64,000 nt of DNA from Eledone cirrhosa (taxonomy: Eukaryota), in the NCBI GenBank assembly GCA_964016885.1, contig OZ024741.1:219418001-219482000 (forward strand), in the 5' to 3' direction. Below are positions 29,574 through 41,600 of the stretch, piece after piece. Each line of letters starts with the position of its first letter. Position 1 is the stretch's first letter. The position numbers and the translations under genes are program-made. The notes beneath the pieces were generated by a model. The model saw nothing but the letters and a program-made list of their open reading frames with translations. It had not been told where the DNA came from and searched no databases.

Positions 29574-31971
29574 ATGACCTCACTCAGAATAGGCAGCATA
29601 AATGTGCATGGCCTGGAGTCATCATGGAAGCAGGGTCACCTGCTCAACGACCTCAGGTCACTAAACATAGATGTGGTGGCCATCAGCGAGACTAGAATCT
29701 CCGAAGCACGAGCCTTCGCACCGATCTTCGGCAGCTACGATGTATACGCATCTCCCAGCCGTCCTGGATGGGGGGGGGGGTTGCTGTGCTTTTTCAGAGA
29801 GGCTTGGATCTCGCCATGCGGGCCATCTTCCTGGACCCAGAAGGTAAGTTGGTGGTGCTGGACGTGACCAGCAGAGACGGGCAAGCATTCAGGCTAGTGG
29901 CCTGCATTCAGACTAGTGGTCAGGTGACCTGATTTCTTCCGGCGTCTGGAGACCTTTCTTGGAACGTCCCACTCTTTAGTGTTAGTGGCGACTGGAACGG
30001 GATCTTAGATGTACGCTGGGACTGTTTGGGATTAGCGCATAGGGGAGGAGGGTGTAAAAGCCTCGCAAACCTGCTCAGACGGTTTCAAATGTCTGACAGG
30101 TACCATCTGGATTTCCTGAATGTGCCAATGTGGACATGGACAAACCGCATCGGGTCATCCAAATCATATCTAGATAGGGTATTTTGTAGGGAAATAGATA
30201 GGTCTAGCATAGGCTGTCCACATTTCAAAATAGTCGACTACACGGACCACAAATTCGTGATCTGTGAGGTTGACTTTAATGGGCTTCATAGACAGGGACC
30301 TGGCTACTGGAAGCTAAACGCATCGTTAACATTGCACAAGGCCTACAGAGACTGGATTAGTGAACTAGTTAAGTTGGCGTTGGCGGGGGCCATCGTCAAC
30401 AACAAATGGGGGTTTGCTCTGAAAAGAGAGATTAGAATAGAGTCCATTAGGTTTAGTAAGGCTTTAGCAATAGAGAAAAATAGAGCAGAAGGAAAACTAG
30501 TTAGAAAATTAGACGAGGCGCTTAGCAAAAGCATCGCGACCGACGTACTTGCGGGGAAATTGGCCCTTGACAAATTCTTCAATGCAAAGCATGAAGGCTG
30601 CATTGTCAGAGCTAGGGTGCATGCTCTCAGACACGAGGGGATGAAAGCCGTTCAATGGGCCCGAGTGGAGGATGCGCGTCGTGGAAATAAAGCCATGATC
30701 CGGTCTTTGGTGGACCATGACGAGCGCATGCTACTCGATCCCAGGCAAATGTGTGAAGCTTTTCAGCGACACTTCACTCAGCTGTATGGGGGCAGCGGCG
30801 GGATAGACTTTAGTGCCTACCTCGATGGACTGCCGCGGCTCTCACCCACTGAGGCGGAGTGTTGCTAAAAGCCGATAACAGCCGCTGAAGTACGGGAGGC
30901 AATGACTGGCTGCACAAGGGGGTAAATCGCTTGGTTTGGATGGTCTGCTCTATGAACTTTACATACACATGCCAGGCTTGTTCAGGAGCCTCTTGGTGGA
31001 TGTCTACTGCAACTGGCAACAGAATGGGAGAATTCCCAGGTCAGTGAGCTGAGGAGCGGTGGCGCTGCTGAGAAAGGATCCAAACAAGTGGGATAACAGA
31101 TAATTTCAGGCCCATAACTCTGCTAAACAGAGAGTTTAAGATTTTAGGCAAGGTGCTAGCAAAGAGGTTGGCGCTTGTCACTGGTGGTCTGGTAGGAGAG
31201 GCGCAGACATTCCAGACGGATCCATCCACGACAACCTCCACCTCATGCGATACATCGTGGAGAGGGTAGCTAGGGAACCTGGCACGGGTGGTTCCTTGAT
31301 CAATTTAGATCGGCAGTCCTGAAGGCGGCTGGCTTTGGGCCCGTCTTCAGAGGCTAGATCGCTGCCATGCACAGCGACATCTGCTCTGTGGTGAGAGGGA
31401 ACAGTCACCTTTCGGAACCATTCAACATCATTCGCTCGGTCCGCCAAAGATGTCCCCAACTTTTGGGCCGGGTCCTATGTACAACTTCCAGAAATCCCTG
31501 GCTTGGCAGTGCTACTAAGGAGCTTTGCCAGTTCGGGGTAAACTCTACAGGCATGGAAGTGCCATCAGCCGGGCATGTCTGAGATGCAACAAAACCGTCC
31601 TTCACACACCACTCGTCCAGTGTCCGAGCATTGCTGACGTGTGGGTTTATGTCGAACACCTGCTGTCGCGTGTAGGGCGGATCCAGCTATCAACTGAGTC
31701 CATCGTGAGGATTGCCCCGCCCTCTTCCTTTAGCCTGGAAGGGCAGGCAATTTTTATCTGACTAGTGGCCATGGTGAAAGAGATAGTATGGTGGACGCAT
31801 TTGAAAGGGCTGAAGATGAGCATTTACCTCTTCGGTGATGCCTTGATTAACTTTTTCAAATTTCATTTGAAAAGGAAAATCAGGGTAGAGAGGGAAGTGC
31901 TCTCTTCCCAGCATTTTGTTGAAAGATGGGTGAGAGAGGCAAGAATGGCCCGAGTGAATGGGCATATCTGA
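29574..31971 (+). pseudogene. Tx1-type ORF2 (AP endonuclease-RT), with multiple stops, frameshifts and deletions
   Basis: MTSLRIGSINVHGL, ISET, GDWN, YLDR, TDH and GPGYWKLN. RT is broken off after SVRQ.CP. C-terminal RKIRVEREVL. Confidence 0.85.
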
Positions 31972-32263
31972 GTATGTGTCTGTAAATTAAAGGTGGAAAA
32001 CTGGGAGAGGGCACTTGCCCTGGTGGTCAGGGTCACCGTGGCTTTTTTAATGGGCTTTCTCCACGAATCTCCCTCGGAAGTCTCCCCCCTATTGGGGAAT
32101 TTTTCATTGTTTCTTTTTTGTTACATCCTCTGCTTTTGCTTTTTTTTACACGTAGAAATGCCCATTTGTACTGTCCTGTACTGTCCTTAATGTCTACTTT
32201 GTGTAAACCCTTGTGGTTAATAAAGAAAGCATTATTATTATTATTATTATTATTATTGTTATG

Positions 32264-33145
32264 GGCGGAGGATTGGCAGTATCAGTAGAGGGTCGGACGC
32301 CATGCTTTCCAACATAGTTACGTCCCATTACGGTCTGAGTTCAAATCCCGCCGAGGCTGACTTTGCCTTTCATCCTTACGGGGCTCAATAAAATAAAGTA
32401 CCAGTAATGTACTGGGTAATTACTGGCCTTGTGCCAAAAGTAGAAACAATTATTATTATTATTGTTGTTATAGCCCTTTATGTTCTGCTGAGGTTATCTT
32501 TGTCTTTCATTCTTACAGGATCGATAAAATAAAGTACCAGTAATACACTGGGATCGAGTTAATCGACCCCCACCCATCCCCCAAATTGTTAGCCTTGTGC
32601 TGAAATCAGATCGGTAGAGGGTCGGACGCCATGCTTTCCAGCATAGTTACGTCCCTTTACGATCTGAGTTCAAATCCCGCCGAGGTTGACTTTGCCTTTC
32701 TGGGGTTACTTTCCTCTCCCCCTTCAAATTGCTGGCCTTGTGCCTAAATCAGAAACCATTATTATTATTATTGTTACTTGTCAAGGTTAACTTTGCCTTT
32801 CAACCTTACGGGGTCGATAAAATAAAGTACCAGTAATGTACTGTTGTCAATTTAATCGATTTTCCTTTCCCCCAAAAAAATTGTTGGCCTTCTGTCAGAA
32901 TTAGAAACAATTATTATCATTATTTTTTTTTTGCAATGGGGGCGGTGGATTGGCAGTATCAGTAGAGGGTCGGGTGCCATGCTTTCCAGCATAGTTACAT
33001 CCCTTTACGATCTGAGTTCAAATCCCGCCGAGGCTGACTTTGCCTTTCATCCTTACGAGGTCGATAAAATAAAGTACCAGTAATACACTGGTTAATTGTA
33101 ATACACTGGTTAATTGCTGGCCTTGTGCCTAAAGTAGAAACAATT
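32264..33145 (+). mobile_element. Head-to-tail cluster of five tRNA-SINE copies or fragments (about 32264, 32470, 32611, 32780, 32940)
   Basis: Repeated B-box and central motifs and (ATT)n tails matching the SINE at 10732. Confidence 0.88.
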
Positions 33146-33244
33146 TTTTTTTTTTGCAATACTTTCATCATGTTGGTAAGGATTTCAGTTGCATACAGTT
33201 TAAAAGGCATTCTGGTGGTATTGGTGGTGATGATGATGATGATT

Positions 33245-33455
33245 ATTATTTTGGCATAGGGCCGACAATTTTAGGGGTAGGGGGAGGTTTGATGACATCA
33301 ACTCCAGTGCATTACTGGTACTTTATTTTATCAATCCTCTAAGGATGAAAGTCAAAGCTAACCCTGGCAGGATTTAAACTAAGTGTGTAAAGGGCTGAAA
33401 CTCTATGCTGCAAAGCATGGTGTCCGACGTTTTACTGATACTGCCAATCCATCAC
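33245..33455 (-). mobile_element. Diverged tRNA-SINE copy
   Basis: CTGGTACTTTATTTTATC..GGATGAAAG..GATACTGCCAATCC matches the SINE family on the minus strand. Confidence 0.8.
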
Positions 33456-33487
33456 CCTTATAATAATAGTAATGGTTGGATAACAAC

Positions 33488-33640
33488 CATGAGCTTGGCT
33501 GATTTCACTTGGAGATTCAGCCAGATCTGTTGGAGACAGGACCTACTGGAAGGAGTGTTTGAGGACTCTGTCAACCCTCTCAGAGATAAGTGGGCAAAGA
33601 AGAAGAAGAAGAAGAAGAAGAAGAAGAAGAAGAAGAAGAA
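33488..33640 (+). mobile_element. RTE-type LINE 3' end with (GAA)n tail
   Basis: Similar to 38245-38340 (CTGGAAGGA.TGTTTGAGGA...GTGGGCAAAGAAGAAGA). Confidence 0.6.
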
Positions 33641-33974
33641 TGATGTTGATGATGATGATGATAAGGGGGAAGATATGGGTGAGGAGGGTGAGGGGAGGTG
33701 TGGTGGATGAGGAAGAAGGAGTGTATGTTTGAGGATTAGAATCTGGATGAGGATGAAGATGAAGAGAACAAAGAGAGAATGATGACGATGATGATGATGA
33801 TCGCCACCACCATCACCACCACCATCATCATCATCATTGGAACTGCTAGGATACTCAGAAAAGTGCTTGACAATTGAAGGTTCTACTTCAGTCCACTGGT
33901 TATGTTCAGCTGGCACCAGTATTACATCACCAGCCATGTACAACAAGGAGATAATAATAATAATAATAATAATA

Positions 33975-34147
33975 ATTGTTTCTACTTTTGGCACAAGGCC
34001 ATCAAATTACCCAGTACATTACTGGTACTTTATTTTATCGACCCCATAAGGATGAAAGGCTAAGTTAACCTCAGCGGGATTTGAACTCAGACCGTAAAGG
34101 AACGTAACTATGCTGGAAAGCATGGCGTCCGACTCTCTACCAATACT
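33975..34147 (-). mobile_element. tRNA-SINE copy with (ATT)n tail
   Basis: Near-identical to the SINE at 10732; tail runs into the TAA tract at 33951-33975. Confidence 0.88.
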
Positions 34148-34842
34148 TTCAAATTGACCCTCACAATTTTCTGCCTGCAGTAGGAGGGCACCAAGACTAT
34201 CTCCTCACTCTTTAGGGTTTCCAAGAGTGAGGCTTCGCTTCTTGGGGGGGTGGCGAAAAGTATGTCTACTGTGGCGTACTCTCTGCCTCGGGTGATGTGG
34301 GTTTTGTGCACCCAGACGCACCCCAAAGCCTTTTAGATTTGAGCCTCCATGGCTCTCTCCACCCGATGTGACATTTTGCTTACGGTGCGGTAAGTCACCG
34401 TCCGTAGCTGCTGGTCCTTGAAAAAATCGGGTGGAGGTTTCAGGGAAACTCTATTGGCGTTTCTTGTCACCATGGCCCTTGCGACTGCCATCTCCTCCTC
34501 TGTGACTAACACTGTCTCGATATTTCGGGCCACACCTGCAAAAGAAGTGGTCCCTTTTTAAGCAGCACCACTATTGCTGCCGCTACTGGTCTTACTGGTG
34601 GTGCTGAGATCGCTGCTACAGGTATCGATGTCATTGTTGATGTTTTCATTGGTACAGTTGTTGCTGTTGTTGTTGTTGTTTTCGTTGATACTGTTGCTGT
34701 TGTTACTGTTATTGTGGCTGTTGTTATTATTGTTGTTTTTGTTGATACTGTTCCTACTATTATTGTTGTTGTGGCTGTTGTTATTGTCGTTCTCGACGTT
34801 ACCCTTGTTGTTGCTGGTGTTATTGTTGGTGTTGTTTGTGTT
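34148..34842 (-). mobile_element. Fragment of ORF1 from a diverged Tx1-type LINE
   Basis: ETVLVTEEEMAVARAMV..RVSLKPPP, YRTVSK..RVERA and VWVHKTHI..LVPSYC align with ORF1 at 28500-28870. Confidence 0.8.
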
Positions 34843-35207
34843 AAAAAGATTGTGCCTGATTGTAGATGTAGCCTACCCATTTGACACGAGAGTGCAAGAG
34901 AAGGAGAGGGAGAAAATTAACCGATACCAGGATTTAAAGTGGGAGTTAAAAAGGATTTGGAACTGCCATGAAGTCAAGGTCGTCCCAATTGTCATAGGTG
35001 CACTAGGTACTATCTCAAAGAATTTCCAACGATGGTTAAAGAAGATTAGTCCAGCCCCGTTTTTGGAACACTTCAAAAGGAATGCTTGCTGGGAACAGCA
35101 AGAACACTCCGATACGTCCTGAATATCTGAGGCTGCAGGTAGTGGCTTGATATTCATTTCAACAAACTTTCCAGTTAAATAACATCAATGACTGAGACTC
35201 AAAGAAC

Positions 35208-35210
<3 letters not shown>
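34843..35210 (+). mobile_element. 5'-truncated Dong/R4 copy (RLE C-terminus and 3' UTR) with long (TAA)n tail
   Basis: KRLCLIVDVAYPFDTRVQEKE. Nearly identical, in inverted orientation, to 25870-26240. Confidence 0.9.
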
Positions 35211-35257
<47 letters not shown>

Positions 35258-35258
<1 letters not shown>

Positions 35259-35425
35259 TGTTTCTACTTTAGGCACAAGGCCAGCAAATTACCCAGTGCA
35301 TTACTGGTACTTTATTTTATCGACCCCGTAAGGATGAAAGGCAAAGTCAACCTCAGCGGGATTTGAACTCAGATCGTAAAGGGATGTAACTATGCTGGAA
35401 AGCATGGCGTCTGACCCTCTACCAA
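35258..35425 (-). mobile_element. tRNA-SINE copy, tail-to-tail with the Dong copy
   Basis: Matches the SINE consensus and shares the TAA tract at 35208-35258. Confidence 0.88.
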
Positions 35426-35436
35426 TATAATAATAA

Positions 35437-35872
35437 TGATTTCTTTATTAACCAAAAGGGTTCACATAAAGGAAAACATTAAGAACAGTACAAAATTGAA
35501 TTTCTGCTTGTATAAAAGAAAACACAATAATAAAACAAAAGATGTAACAAAAATTAGAAACAAGGGTTACTCGTGGAGAAAGCCCAGAAAAGCCATGGTC
35601 ATCCTGACCATTAGGGCAAGTGTCCTCTCCCTGTTGTCCTCCTTCAATACTACAGGCACACACTTAGGGCAGGCCTATTCACATGAGCCATTCTTGCCTC
35701 TCTCATCCACCTTCCAACAAACTGGCTGGAAAGCAGCACTTCCCTCTCCACCGTCATTTTCCTTTTCAGGTGAAACCTGAAAAAGTTAAAGGGAGTCTCG
35801 CTGAAGAGGAAAGTGTCTGTCTTCAACCCTTTCAGACATGTCCACCTTATAAACTCTTTCACCATGGCCACC
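35437..35872 (-). mobile_element. Tx1-type LINE 3' end with (ATT)n tail
   Basis: AMVKEFIRWTCLKGLK..LKRKMTVEREVL is homologous to 31765-31971; 3' UTR ends GGTTAATAAAGAAATCATTATT. Confidence 0.85.
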
Positions 35873-35875
35873 AGG

Positions 35876-36020
35876 CACAGAGTTACAGCCCTTTACAGCC
35901 TGAGTTCAAATCCCGTTGATGTTAACTTTGTATTTCATCCTTACGGGGTCAATAAAATAAAGTACCAGTAATGCACTGGGATAATTGCTGGCCTTGTGCC
36001 AAATGTAGAAACAATTATTA
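35876..36020 (+). mobile_element. 5'-truncated tRNA-SINE copy
   Basis: B-box GAGTTCAAATCC through GTAGAAACAATTATT. Confidence 0.8.
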
Positions 36021-36158
36021 ATAACAACCTGAATGTGAATGATGAAAACAGAAACAATCTTTATAATAAAAGGTGTTCTGGAAATGATAAATACATACGC
36101 ACTCACACACAAACACACACATACACCCATAGTCAGGTACGTAATCAAAACCCGAGGA

Positions 36159-37860
36159 CTTACAAATATATATAGCATACAGAAGATAGCACTACCAGGT
36201 ACTGCAGACATTACATAGAGTACCACAGTACTTACAAATATATATAGCATACAGAAGATAGCACTACTAGGTACTGCAGACATTACATAGAGTACCACAG
36301 TACTTACAAATATATATAGCATACAGAAGATAGCACTACTAGGTACTGCAGACATTACATAGAGTACGATAGTACTTACAAATATATATAACATACAGAA
36401 GATAGCACTACTAGGTACTGCAGACATTACATAGAGTACCACATTACTTACAAATATATATAGCATACAGAAGATAGCACTACTAGGTACTGCAGACATT
36501 ACATAGAGTACGATAGTACTTACAAATATATATAACATACAGAAGATAGCACTACCAGGTACTGCAGACATTACATAGAGTACAATAGTACTTACAAATA
36601 TATATAACATACAGAAGATAGCACTACTAGGTACTGCAGACATTACATAGAGTACCACAGTACTTACAAATATATATAACTTACAGAAGATAGCACTACT
36701 AGGTACTGCACACATTACATAGAGTACCACAGTACTTACAAATATATATAGAATACAGAAGATAGCACTACTAGGTACTGCAGACATTACATAGAGTACC
36801 ACAGTACTTACAAATATATATAACATACAGAAGATAGCACTACTAGGTACTGCAGACATTACATAGAGTACCACAGTACTTACAAATATATATAACATAC
36901 AGAAGATAGCACTACTAGGTACTGCAGACATTACATAGAGTACCACAGTACTTACAAATATATATAGCATACAGAAGATAGCACTACTAGGTACTGCAGA
37001 CATTACATAGAGTACCACAGTACTTACAAATATATATAACATACAGAAGATAGCACTACTAGGTACTGCAGACATTACATAGAGTACCACAGTACTTACA
37101 AATATATATAACATACAGAAGATAGCACTACTAGGTACTGCAGACATTACATAGAGTACCATAGCACTTACAAATATATATAGCATACAGAAGATAGCAC
37201 TACTAGGTACTGCAGACATTACATAGAGTACCACAGTACTTACAGATATATACAACATACAGAAGATAGTGCTACTAGGTACTGCACACATTACATAGAG
37301 TACCACAGTACTTACAAATATATATAACATACAGAAGATAGCACTACTAGGTACTGCAGACATTACATAGAGTACCACAGTACTTACAGATATATACAGC
37401 ATACAGAAGATAGTGCTACTAGGTACTGCACACATTACATAGAGTACCACAGTACTTACAAATATATATAGCATATAGAAGATAGCACTACTAGGTACTG
37501 CAGACATTACATAGAGTACCACAGTACTTACAAATATATATAACATACAGAAGATAGCACTACTAGGTACTGAAGACATTACATAGAGTACCATAGCACT
37601 TACAAATATATATAACATACAGAAGATAGCACTACTAGGTACTGCAGACATTACATAGAGTACCACAGTACTTACAAATATATATAGAATACAGAAGATA
37701 GCACTACTAGGTACTGCAGACATTACATAGAGTACCACAGTACTTACAGATATATACAGCATACAGAAGATAGTGCTACTAGGTACTGCACACATTACAT
37801 AGAGTGCCATAGTACTTACAAATATATATAGCACACAGAAGATAGTACTACTAGCTAATA
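36159..37860. repeat. 72-bp minisatellite, about 23-24 copies
   Basis: Unit CTTACAAATATATATAGCATACAGAAGATAGCACTACTAGGTACTGCAGACATTACATAGAGTACCACAGTA. Confidence 0.97.
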
Positions 37861-37874
37861 GCACTCTTCAGTAA

Positions 37875-38340
37875 TCAGAAGAAAGGAGCTAAGTGTAAAA
37901 GTCAAACTCGCTATTTTCAATTTGGTATTCGTGCCAAACCTTATCTATAGTCATGAATCTTGGGTAATGACCGAAAGCATACAATCATGAATACAAGTGA
38001 CCAAAATGGGGTTGCTCCGTAGTGTCTTTGGAGTAATGTTACTCGGTAGAGTGTGTAGCTCGGAGATCAGATAGTTGCTCTAGGTAGAGCTGCTACTTCT
38101 TCGAATTGAGAGATCACAGCTCTGATATTATGGGCATGTGATTAGAATGGCTCAGGAAAGAATTGCTGAACAGATTTTATGGGCAAAACCAACTAGCAGG
38201 AGACCTAGTGGTAGACCTCGAGTATGATGGTTGGATAACATCTATGAACTCGGCTAGTTTCATTTGGGGATCCACTGGAAGGAATGTTTGAGGATTATGC
38301 CCCTATGACACTCCCAAGAATATGTGGGCAAAGAAGAAGA
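37875..38340 (+). mobile_element. RTE-clade (Rex3/Expander-like) LINE 3' fragment
   Basis: Translates as KELSVKVKLAIFNLVFVPNLIYSHESWVMTE ... GHVIRM ... RRPSGRPR, with stops; GAA tail. Confidence 0.75.
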
Positions 38341-38457
38341 GGTACTATACTCATATTACATAGAGTACTTGCAATATAATAAAACTAGCAACACCAAAAA
38401 TAACTCTGTACATTAAGTGGATGAGGATAAGAAGGGTACAAGCTCGAGAAAAGTTAC

Positions 38458-38590
38458 CTAAGAAAGGTTTGAAAGGACTCTACATTTATGTCAAATACAT
38501 GAATGCCCTCTTTACTTCTGGTATCATTTAAAGTGTGGGAATGTACGTTAGTGAGATGCAGGTTACCAGCCTTCTGAAAGATCATACGCT
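38458..38590 (-). CDS. Weak candidate exon (RMIFQKAGNLHLTNVHSHTLNDTRSKEGIHVFDINVESFQTFL)
   Basis: Minus-strand acceptor TTCTGTTAACAG and donor AG|GTAACT around 133 nt of open frame. On the opposite strand from the 25734 candidate. Confidence 0.25.
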
Positions 38591-38611
38591 CTGTTAACAG
38601 AACGATATATA

Positions 38612-41600
38612 GACAGTGATACAAAGGTATATATAGATAGTGGTATATATATGATGTAGAAAGTTGACAGTGATACAAAGGTATATATAGATAGTGGTAT
38701 ATATATGATGTAGAAAGTTGACAGTGATACAAAGGTATATATAGATAGTGGTATATATATGATGTAGAAAGTTGACAGTGATACAAAGGTATATATAGAT
38801 AGTGGTATATATATGATGTAGAAAGTTGACAGTGATACAAAGGTATATATAGATAGTGGTATATATATGATGTAGAAAGTTGACAGTGATACAAAGGTAT
38901 ATATAGATAGTGGTATATATATGATGTAGAAAGTTGACAGCGATACAAAGGTATATATAGATAGTGGTATATATAAGATGTAGAAAGTTGACAGTGATAC
39001 AAAGGTATATATAGATAGTGGTATATATATGATGTAGAAAGTTGACAGTGATACAAAGGTATAAATAGATAGTGGTATATATATGATGTAGAAAGTTGAC
39101 AGTGATACAAAGGTATATATAGATAGTGGTATATATATGATGTAGAAAGTTGACAGTGATACAAAGGTATATATAGATAGTGGTATATATATGATGTAGA
39201 AAGTTGACAGTGATACAAAGGTATATATAGATAGTGGTATATATATGATGTAGAAAGTTGACAGTGATACAAAGGTATATATAGATAGTGGTATATATAT
39301 GATGTAGAAAGTTGACAGTGATACAAAGGTATATATAGATAGTGGTATATATATGATGTAGAAAGTTTACAGTGATACAAAGGTATATATAGATAGTGGT
39401 ATATACAAGATGTAGAAAGTTGACAGTGATACAAAGGTATATATAGATAGTGGTATATATATGATGTAGAAAGTTGACAGTGATACAAAGGTATATATAG
39501 ATAGTGGTATATATATGATGTAGAAAGTTGACAGTGATACAAAGGTATATATAGATAGTGGTATATATATGATGTAGAAAGTTGACAGTGATACAAAGGT
39601 ATATATAGATAGTGGTATATATATGATGTAGAAAGTTGACAGTGATACAAAGGTATATATAGATAGTGGTATATATATGATGTAGAAAGTTGACAGTGAT
39701 ACAAAGGTATATATAGATAGTGGTATATATATGATGTAGAAAGTTGACAGTGATACAAAGGTATATATAGATAGTGGTATATATATGATGTAGAAAGTTG
39801 ACAGTGATACAAAGGTATATATAGATAGTGGTATATATATGATGTAGAAAGTTGACAGTGATACAAAGGTATATATAGATAGTGGTATATACAAGATGTA
39901 GAAAGTTGACAGTGATACAAAGGTATATATAGATAGTGGTATATATATGATGTAGAAAGTTGACAGTGATACAAAGGTATATATAGATAGTGGTATATAT
40001 ATGATGTAGAAAGTTGACAGTGATACAAAGGTATATATAGATAGTGGTATATATATGATGTAGAAAGTTGACAGTGATACAAAGGTATATATAAATAGTG
40101 GTATATATATGATGTAGAAAGTTGACAGTGATACAAAGGTATATATAGATAGTGGTATATATATGATGTAGAAAGTTGACAGTGATACAAAGGTATATAT
40201 AGATAGTGGTATATATATGATGTAGAAAGTTGACAGTGATACAAAGGTATATATAGATAGTGGTATATATATGATTTAGAAAGTTGACAGTGATACAAAG
40301 GTATATATAGATAGTGGTATATACAAGATGTAGAAAGTTGACAGTGATACAAAGGTATATATAGATAGTGGTATATATATGATGTAGAAAGTTGACAGTG
40401 ATACAAAGGTATATATAGATAGTGGTATATATATGATGTAGAAAGTTGACAGTGATACAAAGGTATATATAGATAGTGGTATATATATGATGTAGAAAGT
40501 TGACAGTGATACAAAGGTATATATAGATAGTGGTATATACAAGATGTAGAAAGTTGACAGTGATACAAAGGTATATATAGATAGTGGTATATATATGATG
40601 TAGAAAGTTGACAGTGATACAAAGGTATATATAGATAGTGGTATATATATGATGTAGAAAGTTGACAGTGATACAAAGGTATATATAGATAGTGGTATAT
40701 ATATGATGTAGAAAGTTGACAGTGATACAAAGGTATATATATAGATAGTGGTATATATAAGATGTAGAAATTTGACAGTGATACAAAGGTATATATAGAG
40801 AGTGGTATATATATGATGTAGAAAGTTGACAGTGATACAAAGGTATATATAGATAGTGGTATATATATGATGTAGAAAGTTGACAGTGATACAAAGGTAT
40901 ATATAGATAGTGGTATATATATGATGTAGAAAGTTGACAGTGATACAAAGGTATATATAGATAGTGGTATATATATGATGTAGAAAGTTGACAGTGATAC
41001 AAAGGTATATATAGATAGTGGTATATATATGATGTAGAAAGTTGACAGTGATACAAAGGTATATATAGATAGTGGTATATATATGATGTAGAAACTTGAC
41101 AGTGATACAAAGGTATAAATAGATAGTGGTATATATATGATGTAGAAAGTTGACAGTGATACAAAGGTATATATAGATAGTGGTATATATATGATGTAGA
41201 AAGTTGACAGTGATACAAAGGTATATATAGATAGTGGTATATATATGATGTAGAAATTTGACAGTGATACAAAGGTATATATAGATAGTGGTATATATAT
41301 GATGTAGAAAGTTGACAGTGATACAAAGGTATATATAGATAGTGGTATATATATGATGTAGAAAGTTGACAGTGATACAAAGGTATATATAGATAGTGGT
41401 ATATATATGATGTAGAAAGTTGACAGTGATACAAAGGTATATATAGATAGTGGTATATATATGATGTAGAAAGTTGACAGTGATACAAAGGTATATATAG
41501 ATAGTGGTATATATATGATGTAGAAAGTTGACAGTGATACAAAGGTATATATAGATAGTGGTATATATATGATGTAGAATGTTGATAGTGATACAAAGGT

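Larger units (their letters stand above)
27846..32230 (+). mobile_element. Tx1/L1-clade LINE with ORF1 and ORF2, decayed and internally deleted
   Basis: ORF1 with a CCHC knuckle; ORF2 with APE endonuclease and RT remnants (NFRPITLLN); C-terminal Cys motif; 3' UTR with AATAAA. Flanked on both sides by (ATT)n. Confidence 0.9.

Noticed and set aside
35906-37864. 652-aa hydrophobic repeat ORF
   Set aside because: Translation of the 72-bp minisatellite, ending inside a SINE; no independent coding evidence.
38612-38665. Common origin of the 53/54-bp and 54-bp satellites (shared CACTAT and TTTCTAC motifs on opposite strands)
   Set aside because: Shared words are short and AT-rich; I could not build a collinear alignment by eye.
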